Origin: Octopus bimaculoides
Taxonomy: Eukaryota
NCBI RefSeq assembly: GCF_001194135.2
Contig: NC_068984.1
Span: forward strand, 80,503,691-80,536,166
Direction of reading: 5' to 3'
Length of the DNA: 32,476 bases
Below, piece by piece: positions 8,730 to 19,220 of the stretch. Made by a program: the position numbers and the translations under genes. Numbering within the stretch: position 1 is the stretch's first letter; each line of letters begins with the position of its first letter. A model generated the notes under the pieces. It was not told the DNA's origin, ran no database searches, and worked only from the letters and a program-made list of their open reading frames with translations.

Positions 8730-11700
8730 GATAGGATATGATATGATATAAGTGGAGGAGAGAGGCGGAAATTCTCGTAAGCATCGTTTAGGAAGAACTA
8801 GCAGGGAATATATTGGTCAAAATATTGACTTCAGCAAATTATATGCAATATATAGCGGAGCGATTACCGATTGTGTTTTTAAAAATGTCTTGATGTAAAC
8901 CCGATCAGTTACATCATACAAAGCAAGTTGGCTTATTTTTACCTGCAGATAAAAGACTCCAGAATACTGCACATAACATAGATGGCATAAAAAAATTGAC
9001 AGGGAGCAAACACTAGATCGGTTATCTATTTAGATATCTCTGTTTACATGTGGAAAAATTACGAAATAACCGATGTCTGTAAAACTGGTACTGGACATTA
9101 TTTTAACTGCACTATTGACCAAATTGTAATAGAAATCGGAGAAGAGAAAAATATTGGGAGAATAGTACCATTTATATTCTATTCTTCAGAGATCTGAGTA
9201 GCGTTTTGCTTCGAAATAAATATATAATTGCGTGCGAGCGCACGTGTGTGTGTGTGTTTATGTGTGTATGTATGTGTATGATGTGATTATGTATGTATGT
9301 AAAAGATAGAAATAAAGAAAAATGTTTTGATGCCATAGTATCTAACATTGAAACCAATATTGATTCTATACCAAACGATTCACGATAGTTGTACAACTCC
9401 TCTGTTCATATTTAAACTTTATAGTGTACTGCTTGTTACGTGTTAAGGGTCTCTTGTGAATAGTATATTTGTCTTGTTCTTTCATGTTCAGAGTTTCCCG
9501 ATTTGCACTGATGATCATTGTAAAGGCATGAACACCATAAGTTCCTGATTTTGTAACAAATAACTCTTGCGTTTAACACCTAATTTAATAAAAAAATGTT
9601 GCAGTCAATCAATGTTTGAAGAAGATAGAATCATTTCTTGCCTTGCAATTCCCAGTTTGCAATTACTTCTAAGGAATGAGATTACCAACACATACCATTT
9701 TCTGCAATCATTATGTAACTTTCTTTCTTTCATTCTTTCTTTCTTTCTTTTTTTTTCCTTGGCATCCAAAAAATTTCAAACTAAGCTTCAGAGTCCTGTG
9801 AATAATTCCTGTGCTCTAAATGCCTCTTAAACACCCCAACACTTCAATAGTGCTAGCATTCGGAATTTGTTTAAGATGTGATCCACAGTGGAACGATAGA
9901 TAGAATAGAAACAATCGCTTTTTAAAATTCGTTGTTGTTTAGCCCAAAATCAACTTTGATCGGGCAAACTTAATTTGGCCAACCTATTTGATATTTGTTT
10001 AGCTTATTCTCTTGATTGATTTTCATATATGTTCTAGGTCATACTGTAGGTTACTTTTAAGGAAATAAACTCGGTTTTGTGGGGTAAAATTTTGTTTATC
10101 ATGAATATATTTAGATGTTTGCCTCCTGAAAAGTCTTTCCTTACTATACATCTAAGTTTCATTTGTCCGTGTTTTTTCTTTATTTAGTGGCTTTCCGAAA
10201 TCAGAGCCGCTTTCAACAAACCCAACTACATTTTTACCATAGCGAGAGATTGAGACTGCCGGATCTTCACTAGTAAATTGTAGTTATCAATTGTATTTTT
10301 TGCTTCATTGGTTAAATTTGCAAATAACGAAATATTATTTGTTCTTTTAAAACCATTTTGAGCCTAACAAAACTGATCAATAAATTAATAACAAAGCTTA
10401 ACTTACATCCACGAAAATATTCCCACGTGAAATTTGCGGACATATCGCTAATATAATTGTTTAACATTATTTTTTTGAGGGGTACTGTAATATATGTTAT
10501 TGGTAGCAAAAAAGATACGGGCTCCAAATATATGAAATAACATATTGACTCATTTTGAAATGTTTATTGTAAAATTATTAGCTGAATCATGACTCGAAAA
10601 GTTTAAATAGTTGTTTTTAATATTTACCGCTGCAAAAAATCCACACAATATATCATTTTCCAGAGTTAATGAAATAAAAAAGTACTTGATCAATTTACTG
10701 AACAATTCATGATCATAAAAATCAATAAATATCTCATTGCACTTATACATGAGATATTAATTCATGTTATTAACGAAGAATTCTGAGAAATACGAATTAA
10801 CCGTTTTTCATCAAACTATATTCAATTCATGAAATTTGCCCAGTGAATGCTATTGTGACACACACACGCGCAAAAAAATTGTCAAATTTTACAACGTTCT
10901 AAAAATTTGAAAATTCTGTTTTAAACTAATAAAAAGGCACTGGTTAACAATTTTTATCTGTTTGGGTTTTTAATGCAATGAAAGAAAAACTTCGGTGTAT
11001 TTTCTGACTTAAATATGTGCGTTTGAAACACGCACCTCAGGCAAATCTAAATTTTGAATTTAAATCATTTTAAACGTTATCTCAATATTTTTTATAGATT
11101 GGAGTAATTTGTTGCAGATGATTATGTTTTTTTAAAACTATATTACATTTAGATTTTTAGTTTTCCTGTTAAGAAGTCCGAAATGCAAACAAAATCAATA
11201 TTTTACACTACAACAGTAATTTCTTCTGTTTTTACTATTTGCTGTGTCAATTCATTTTCATTTTTTATGTTTTAATCACGATTTTAGTGTTAAAGACACT
11301 ATTTCGCCATTCTTGCACTAAACCAAGAAAAAATAAGCCTTTAGTTTAAAACTAAAATTCTGATCCTGAATAGTTATAAGAAGACGTGAACATTTACCCC
11401 AACATTGTTCAAAAGAAAAAAAGACAAACAACGTGAATGAGCCAAAAGTCGTTCTAACTTCATCGTTAAAAAAAAAATAAACATTCAGCAGAGCTAAACT
11501 GTCATATTTTTTTATCGAACTTATACAAGAAGTGATCGTAGCTCCATAGTAATAAAAAAAAAATAGCATTTCTCTATGCAGTTTTACAAAGATAACTTGT
11601 CATAAAACACACACATCATACTAAAAAGATATTTTAAAAACAAACCGTTTCTACATGTCAAGAAATCTGGCAACAAACTCAGTTCTCAAGTAGCCGTTTA

Positions 11701-12130
11701 ATCAATCACTGACTCACGAATGCTGTAACCTTTTCTATCTCTGACGTCGTTCCTTGAAGCTGATGTCATCATTCACACTGACGCTATCGTATTACTTGAC
11801 TTCCAGAACTTCTATTTTTTTTTTCCTTAAAATACATCTCAAAAGTTTGCGTGCGTTCTACAGGACGGAGAGTAATTGTTTTATAAGCCAGTTTTAACCC
11901 CAGCACAACTACGAAAAGAGCAAAAGACTATAAGTTTATTAACAGGAACTATTTGTAAAAAATACATAAATGAAACATACATTAATGAAAGAGAATGTGA
12001 ATGTGTTAAAACAGCTGTGATACTTATATTTGTTTCAAAAACTTCAAGTCAAACTAGAGATTCATTTTCAAAATCGGAGTGTCCTCAACATCAGAATACA
12101 TAGTGATTCTCTTATATATTTAAAAAAATC

Positions 12131-12215
12131 TAGTTTCAGTTTTTGAATTAAGGTCATGCTACAGCACTACTTTCAAGGATTTTTATCGATTATAATGACC
12201 AAAGTTCTCGTGTAG
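12131..12215 (-). mobile_element. Degraded SINE family A 3' tail
   Basis: Reverse complement aatccttgaaagtagtgctgtagcatgacc...actgaaacta resembles aaggcggtgctccagcatggcc...gactgaaac. Confidence 0.45.
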
Positions 12216-12540
12216 TACTTCTTTTCTATAATCTCCATTTGAGGAATAGTTGACTTCAACTACTGAGTAACATCATCTATTAAAAAAGTAATCTCTTTTT
12301 ACTCATCTCACAAACAATGTAGTTCAGCAATGAAGACAGATAAGGCAACTCTACATAGACGTACCACCTTTTAGGAGATTCTGTTAAATCCCTTTCAAAT
12401 TCCATCCACTTTTGCACACACACATATATATACACTATTGTCTTGTATACTACTATATGTTCTATATGGCTTGTACAATGATACATTAAGGAGCTTTCCT
12501 TAAAAGTATTACGGGATTACTTGAATCCATATATTTTTAG

Positions 12541-12604
12541 CATATACATACATATACGTGTATATATATATGTATATATGTATATATGTATATATCTATA
12601 TCTA

Positions 12605-12681
<77 letters not shown>

Positions 12682-13374
12682 CTCTCTCTCTCTATATATA
12701 TATATATANNNNNNNNNNNNNNNNNNNNNNNNNNNNNNNNNNNNNNNNNNNNNNNNNNNNNNNNNNNNNNNNNNNNNNNNNNNNNNNNNNNNNNNNNNNN
12801 NNNNNNNNNNNNNNNNNNNNNNNNNNNNNNNNNNNNNNNNNNNNNNNNNNNNNNNNNNNNNNNNNNNNNNNNNNNNNNNNNNNNNNNNNNNNNNNNNNNN
12901 NNNNNNNNNNNNNNNNNNNNNNNNNNNNNNNNNNNNNNNNNNNNNNNNNNNNNNNNNNNNNNNNNNNNNNNNNNNNNNNNNNNNNNNNNNNNNNNNNNNN
13001 NNNNNNNNNNNNNNNNNNNNNNNNNNNNNNNNNNNNNNNNNNNNNNNNNNNNNNNNNNNNNNNNNNNNNNNNNNNNNNNNNNNNNNNNNNNNNNNNNNNN
13101 NNNNNNNNNNNNNNNNNNNNNNNNNNNNNNNNNNNNNNNNNNNNNNNNNNNNNNNNNNNNNNNNNNNNNNNNNNNNNNNNNNNNNNNNNNNNNNNNNNNN
13201 NNNNNNNNNNNNNNNNNNNNNNNNNNNNNNNNNNNNNNNNNNNNNNNNNNNNNNNNNNNNNNNNNNNNNNNNNNNNNNNNNNNNNNNNNNNNNNNNNNNN
13301 NNNNNNNNNNNNNNNNNNNNNNNNNNNNNNNNNNNNNNNNNNNNNNNNNNNNATATATATATATATATATATAT
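12541..13374. repeat. (TA)n/(TATC)n/(TC)n microsatellite complex spanning an N gap
   Basis: Direct reading. Confidence 0.95.
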
Positions 13375-13375
13375 A

Positions 13376-13403
13376 CGAGGGGTACTCAAAAGTAACAGGA
13401 AAC
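13376..13403 (+). mobile_element. Possible solitary mariner TIR remnant
   Basis: TA|CGAGGGGTACTCAAAAGTAACAGGAAAC resembles mariner-type termini. No partner TIR was found. Confidence 0.3.
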
Positions 13404-13429
13404 ATTCTCTATGAGACAAGCCCATTGTA

Positions 13430-13566
13430 GTTCAAATTCCACCGAGGTTGACTTTGCCTTTCATCCTTTTGGGGTCGATAAATTAAGTACCAGTAAAACA
13501 CTGGGGTCAATGTAATCGACTAGTACCCTCTCGCAAAATTTCAGGCTTTGTGAAAGGATTATTATC
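13430..13566 (+). mobile_element. 5'-truncated SINE family B
   Basis: gttcaaattccaccgaggttgactttgcctttcatcc...gataaattaagtaccag...gaaaggattattat. Confidence 0.88.
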
Positions 13567-13674
13567 TGTATAATAATCTGCGTGTTCGTGGAGTGAATGA
13601 GAGATGGAGTAAAAATAAGAGAGAGATGGGGAGAAATGTGAGTAAAGAAGAAAAAGAGGCGATGAGCGAGAGAA

Positions 13675-13845
13675 AAGACGGTGATTGTAGGATCTCTAGG
13701 AATGATAAAAAAAAGGTTTTGAAACCTATTTGAAAATGATACCAGGCTTACAGGATTCCCTACAGGAAGTGCAAAAAATCGTGTTAACTGGAACGACTCA
13801 TGTACTGAGAAGAGCATTATCGCTGTGAAAACAACATCCATTCAT
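13675..13845 (+). mobile_element. R4/Dong-like non-LTR retrotransposon extreme 3' end (C-terminal to the restriction-like endonuclease) plus start of 3' UTR
   Basis: KTVIVGSLGMIKK(G, one frameshift)FETYLKMIPGLQDSLQEVQKIVLTGTTHVLRRALSL*, with the stop at 13826-13828. This is the typical C-terminus of R4-clade ORFs. Confidence 0.8.
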
Positions 13846-14130
13846 GACTCTGTCATGTCTTGCTTTATATTCTACAGGTGCTAAGACTCTACACCCTGAG
13901 GTTAGGTAGTCTATAGTTTCAGTCTCATCGTTACAGAATCGGCATTTTGGGTCAGCTCCATTTTTCATCACATTGGCTTGGTAGTTCCGGGTTAATAAGC
14001 TTTGGTCTTGAGCAACTAATATGAAACCTTCACTCTCTACTTTTAGCCCTGAGCTTCGTAACCATTGATGCGTGTGTTTCTAGTCGACATCAGCTTGTTT
14101 GCTACGAGCCACATACTTGCCATGCAGAGG
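13846..14130 (-). mobile_element. R4/Dong-like LINE fragment, post-RT region with CCHC zinc finger
   Basis: PLHGKYVARSKQADVD*KHTHQWLRSSGLKVESEGFILVAQDQSLLTRNYQANVMKNGADPKCRFCNDETETIDYLTSGCRVLAPVEYKARHDRV; the zinc-finger H is mutated to Y. Confidence 0.9.
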
Positions 14131-14977
14131 NNNNNNNNNNNNNNNNNNNNNNNNNNNNNNNNNNNNNNNNNNNNNNNNNNNNNNNNNNNNNNNNNNNNNN
14201 NNNNNNNNNNNNNNNNNNNNNNNNNNNNNNNNNNNNNNNNNNNNNNNNNNNNNNNNNNNNNNNNNNNNNNNNNNNNNNNNNNNNNNNNNNNNNNNNNNNN
14301 NNNNNNNNNNNNNNNNNNNNNNNNNNNNNNNNNNNNNNNNNNNNNNNNNNNNNNNNNNNNNNNNNCACGTCTGCTTTTGTGGTCGTTGTGGTGGTGAACT
14401 TTGGGGGCTTATTTTGGGACAAATCCCGTTTAAGTGACTTTCCGGGTTCGTATTCGTGGAAGATATTCTGCCATTTGAAAATTTTTCGCCGTCAGGCTGG
14501 TAGCCTCCCGACAGGCGCGCTTCCAGAAAAACCATTGGGCAAGCGATTCGGTGTACTGTTTGAAATTTTCTTTTCAAGTAAAGTTAAATTATTATTAAAT
14601 TTTCATTTTTTTAAAAATATATTTATTTATTTATAAAAAAAATTTTTTTAACCACTAATCTTCATACAGGGGCCGCATTTATCATCATTAGCAGAAGCAG
14701 CACCAGTAGTTGTAGTAGCAGCAGCAATATCACGTACTTTTTATTGTAATAACAGAAATGCACGTGGAAAAAAAAGAAAATAATAATGATAATAATAATA
14801 GATTCTCTCTGGCCGAACACAACTTTTCTATTCACAAATAATACACAACAGAGTAAGTCGGCCCTTAAATTTTTCTTAAGGTCTAGGTCACTGTTGCTGT
14901 TGTTCGCTGCTAGTAGTAGTAGACAGTTGAACTGTTTTTGACCGATCGGATCCCATCCCACTTCAAAAAAATATTGC

Positions 14978-14989
14978 ATGAGCCGCACT

Positions 14990-15022
<33 letters not shown>

Positions 15023-16495
15023 AACTGCTATTGCTGCTTCTGCTGCTGTTGCTGCTACTACTGCTGCTGCGGTTGCTACTACTACTGGTACTACTGCAGC
15101 AGCGGCAGAGGAAGTGGTAGTAGTAGTAGGAGGAGGAGTGGCAGCAGCAACAACAACAACAATAGCGCACGCGGAACGTATGAAAATGAATTCCCCTTGC
15201 TTCTTTCCTCCCCTTTACCACCGCAGAAACAAGAGAAGAAAATTACAAACACCAACAATACAAGCGAAAACAATATCACCTCCACAGGCAGATATTAAAG
15301 CTGCGCTGTGATGTATCAGGGATGGCACCAAGTACATAGCCTGGGGCAGACAATACGGCACCATTTCGGTGCCTTTTAAGTCAGAAGCCCTCGCTATGAA
15401 GTACTCAATGATCCCTTGCAAAACCAGCAAGGTCATAATGTATCCTTCTCACATGGGAAAAAGAAGAGCCCGTGTCCACATTCCTAGGATTCCACCAGGA
15501 CTCGACATGTGGTGGTTTCTGGGATGCGTAATCGAGCAAGGGTAAGGTGCCGTCCCGATTGAGGTGACAAAAACTGCCAAGGACTGGTTGGGGGTTAACC
15601 TGGAGATCCTTCTCCAGCTCAGGCCAGAAAACTTCAAAAGAATCCCGGACCACATCCGTCTCCAAACGGGGTGGTAATACACATAATAATTGAGGGCAAA
15701 AGGCCACACTGTTTTGTCTGTGGAGAAACAACCCATTTGCAAGCCTTCTTCCCTCAACTGATAAAAGGTGAAAGGGGTCGAAGGTCTCCACTGGTGTGTA
15801 CGTCGCGGCGAGGACCACAAACAACAACAGCACCGGCAAAACCATCGGCAACAAGATATGAAACATCATCAAAGACATTGACCACCCTATGGGGAAACGA
15901 GGAAAGCTCTTTCCACTCTCCACCCCACAAAATACACACATGAACAAAAACATAAACATACACACAGACACAGACACACTTACAGCCACAGACCCCTCAT
16001 CTTCCAGTAGTGAAGATGAAGGAACACCAAATGGCTCCCCAAAACAAAAACAAAACAACAAAATCTCCACAAAGCATAACAACACCCACAATTAAAATAC
16101 CCCAGACGCAAACAACCTAAACAGACGCAAGAACAAATACACACAAACATCAAAAACCGCAGATACCACACTCACAGCAAACACACATACACAACTGAAG
16201 CAACATCAACAAAACCATCGCCACAATAAATAAAACCGCACCGACAAAAACACGCAACTTCGTACTTATCGGAAGGGCTAACAATGAATTGATGGCCCTC
16301 GTAACACAAAGCACTGAAATTGAAACAGAAGATGTGTTTCAGGTGCAAATGTCGCTCGATTCCTACACAAGAATTCGAGAGAACATTCCTCAGACGTAGG
16401 AATTACGGAAGTCTAACCACCCGACTTTCACAAGACACCGGGAGATAAGTAAACCTTTCTTCTCTCTTTTTAGCCTGCCAACATGGCCATATTAA
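14978..16495 (+). pseudogene. Disrupted ORF1 (gag-like, zinc knuckle) of the Tx1/L1-like element
   Basis: Low-complexity N-terminus, then ARVHIPRIPPGLD...LEILLQL...IPDHIRL...IIEGKRPHCFVCGETTHLQAFFP (CX2CX4HX4C with the last C changed to F, 15710-15751), a Thr/Gln/Lys-rich tail and TAA at 16493-16495. Multiple stops and frameshifts. Confidence 0.75.
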
Positions 16496-17098
16496 GAGTA
16501 GAAAGTTTAAATGTTCGAGGTCTGGGGGTCACCCTGGAAGCAGGGGCGCCTGTTCAATGACCTCAGAGTTTTAGAATTGGACGTAATTACTGCTAGTAAG
16601 ACAAGGATTTCCAACACACGCGTACTAGCCCCCATTTTCGACGACTATCAGCTCTTTGCATCTGTTAGTCAGTCGGAAATGTGAGGAAGGGTGGTAGTGC
16701 TGTTTAAGAAAGACCTGGATCACGAGGTAAGGTCGATCTTCCGGGAACCGGACGGTAAGTTGGTGGTCCTGGACGTGAGCAATAGTCTTTAGACTGGTGG
16801 CCGTCTACCCCTCTACCGGGGCCAAACGGCTGGATTTCATTAGGCGTCTGGATGCCTTTCTGGGTACGTCTCACTCTTTAATGTTAGTTCTGGGTACGTC
16901 TCACTCTTTAATGTGAGCGGGGAACTGGAACGGCATCTTAGACACACGCTGAGATTGTGTTGGAGCAGCTGATAGAAGCGTGGGGTGCAAAATCACAATC
17001 ACTTGATCAGCCAGTTCCAACTGTCTGTTAGGTACCGACGAGATTTCCCTAATGCGCCAGTGTGGACCTGGACCAACCACTTATGGTCCGTCATCTAC
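16483..17098 (+). pseudogene. Truncated ORF2, apurinic-like (APE) endonuclease domain
   Basis: MAILRVESLNVRGL...SKTR...KLVVLDV...FRLVAVY...GNWNGILD...FPNAPVWTWTN, matching APE motifs I to VII. Frameshifted and ends before the catalytic SDH motif. Confidence 0.88.
16858..16914. repeat. 30-bp-period tandem duplication inside the endonuclease remnant
   Basis: ttctgggtacgtctcactctttaatgt occurs at 16858-16884 and 16888-16914. Confidence 0.95.
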
Positions 17099-17099
17099 T

Positions 17100-17515
17100 A
17101 CCACCTGACAGTCGTGCCTTGCCCCCATTCGCGCCTTACCAAGTTGGAGCCCAGTTAAAATTTTCTTCAGGTCGAGTTGCCCATCCCGCTCAAAAGGTCC
17201 CTGAATAATGGTTGTCCAAGTATGATGAACAAAACACCCATATTTCTAAAGGTGAATTATTCAAACCTACAGAATTCCTCTCAAAACATGTCTATAATGC
17301 TCTCCCACTACTTCTGCTCGGGATCAGAGATGCACGTATTGTCAGCCGCTAAGGGACATGCTCAACCGGTTATGGTCTGACAAGCAAATCTGTGGTATGG
17401 AGTAGAATATTTGCTGTAGCCCATCTGTTATACCAAGACAAAGCAATGTACATGTCAACACTTCCAATCAGTTAAGATCAGAAGCCATGAGAGCCACTGC
17501 CTCATCAGGGTATTG
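17100..17515. repeat. Unclassified dispersed repeat (recalled as abundant in octopus DNA)
   Basis: Sequence ...cccatcccgctcaaaaggtccctgaata...gctgtagcccatc...aagatcagaagccatgagagccactgcc is recognised from memory only; no ORF assigned. Confidence 0.4.
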
Positions 17516-17739
17516 GTAGCAAACTCTTTAAAGTCTAAAACAAAATGTATCTTCTATCGTTTGCAACATAAAGGTCAGCTGAATCCTTTCATGATGCTCG
17601 TTGACCTTATTGCTTTCTTTGACATCTGACTGATGAGAAAAATATGGAGAACAGGAAGAATGCTTCCATTCCTATAAATATACAAGAAACCAATCGTGAA
17701 TGAGTCACTGGTGACCTTTGATTGTTGCGATATAGAATC

Positions 17740-18070
17740 TTTTCCACATCCAGAGAGAATAGTGGCCTCAGTAACATGTGCATAACCTTCTTTATCACCA
17801 GGCGTGTTCCTTTGCAGAGTGTTGGTGGACCGAAATTCCTCAATAATATTACTGGAGTTCCTACTTTAAGTTCCAGTCGGTGGGGAGGTAGTCCTGGAGG
17901 CTCCAATGAATTGAGAAATTCTGTTGGATAATTTGCTACCTCTCTGGATCTGGGATTGTATCCACTGGCTTATAAAACTGAGGACTTTCAGGAAGGTACT
18001 GCCGCAGCTGCTCATTTATTTTACTTACAGTGCTGTGTTTTGAAGCCAGTATTGATCTTTCACAGAGTCA
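17740..18070 (-). pseudogene. Helitron PIF1 helicase (2B region) fragment
   Basis: [40 protein letters not shown](fs)[54 protein letters not shown](fs)[13 protein letters not shown]. Confidence 0.93.
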
Positions 18071-18583
18071 ATTGAGATTGTGATAATTGTTCAACCAATG
18101 GAGAATATTTTTGGAGACATTATGTCAAGAAATGTGATGTAATAAAATAAGATGACAATTGTACATTAACAATGAAATGTCAATAAAATAAGGTAAATAA
18201 TATCAATATTTTAGCAAATTTTAAGAAATACATACAATGAACTGAGATAACATAGTTTTGTTAATAATTAAATGTTAATAAAAAGCATTAATTGATATCA
18301 ATATTTTAAAAAGATGAAAAACGTTCAGCGGGATAATGGCGATGGATGCATGGAAGGCGATCAATTTCTGAAATTACTTCGCAAAGAGTTACCGCTCTTC
18401 TTCGCGTAACCCAGGAATTGGTGTTTTCATCTCCCAGATCTGTGAAAATGTTAAGAGTAAAAAACTATCTCTAGAACATAAGTAATGTATGTTCCAAGTT
18501 TGGAAAAAAATTAGTTGTGAACTTCAGAAGTTATGTGGGTTTACACACACACACACTCACAACCTGACTTTTGTATATATAGA
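17740..18583 (-). mobile_element. Internally deleted Helitron: 5' terminus plus PIF1-like helicase fragment
   Basis: Minus strand begins A|TCTATATATACAAAAGTCAGG...(GT)n at 18583, the Helitron 5' TC signature. A helicase remnant follows on the same strand. The 3' CTRR/hairpin was not found. Confidence 0.7.
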
Positions 18584-18740
18584 TAATTCACTTCTCTCGG
18601 AACCTGTTCCTCGCGTGATCTGTATATATATAATTATTAGGACTTTGGGTATATACAAAATATTATACGCACATAAATAAATGCATTTGAATGTGTTATG
18701 CGTATATGTTAATACTTATATATGTGGGCGTGCGTGTGGA

Positions 18741-18995
18741 TGTCAAGCAATAGTGGGGGACAAACACAAACACATAAATACATACACGCGCGCAAACACC
18801 CCCCACACACACACGCGCGCGCGCACATATATATATATATACACGACCGGCTTCTTTCAGTTTCCGTCTACCAAATCCACTCGCAAGGGTTTGGTCGACT
18901 CGAGACGATAGTAGAAGACACTTGCCTAAGGTGCCACGTTGTGGGGCAGAACTCAGAACCATGTGGTTGGGGAGCAAGATTTCTACCAGGCAGAC
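18741..18995 (-). mobile_element. SINE family A, head and central domain, 3' tail missing
   Basis: Reverse complement aaccacatggttctgagttc...gcaccttaggcaagtgtcttctactat...gtggatttggtagacggaaactgaaagaagccggtcg matches 22236-22362. Confidence 0.88.
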
Positions 18996-19056
18996 ATATA
19001 TATATGTATATATGTACATGTTTATCTATATCTATACATGCATACATACATACATG

Positions 19057-19220
19057 GCAGCTTTTCACGCGGTTCTAGTACACTAAATTTGAAACACAAG
19101 GTATTGGTCAAACCAAGGCTTTTGTAGTTGATCGTTGCCCAAGGTATCACACAGTAGGACTAAACCCACTACCACATAATTGCAAAGTGAATTCTTTAGC
19201 CATAAGGCCATAACTGCATT
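19057..19220 (-). mobile_element. Old degraded SINE family A head fragment
   Basis: Reverse complement gggtttagtcctactgtgtgataccttgggcaa...ttgaccaataccttgtg. Confidence 0.6.

Larger units (their letters stand above)
14850..17098 (+). mobile_element. L1/Tx1-like non-LTR retrotransposon, 5' half only (5' boundary approximate)
   Basis: ORF1 remnant with zinc knuckle followed by an overlapping ORF2 start encoding an APE endonuclease. Similarity stops at about 17098 and no RT is present. Confidence 0.85.

Noticed and set aside
10130-10300. Minus-strand peptide SEDPAVSISRYGKNVVGFVESGSDFGKPL, faintly like P-element/THAP9 transposase
   Set aside because: Too short, with no catalytic motif, to support a call by eye.
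11016-11035. Small hairpin gtgcgt-ttgaaac-acgcac, possible Helitron 3' end
   Set aside because: No CTRR terminus at the expected distance and no matching 5' end.
11876-12103. 75-aa ORF (FYKPVLTPAQLRKEQK...)
   Set aside because: Non-ATG start, no homology recognised and no convincing splice sites.
15405-16091. 228-aa minus-strand ORF
   Set aside because: It is the antisense shadow of the Tx1-like ORF1.
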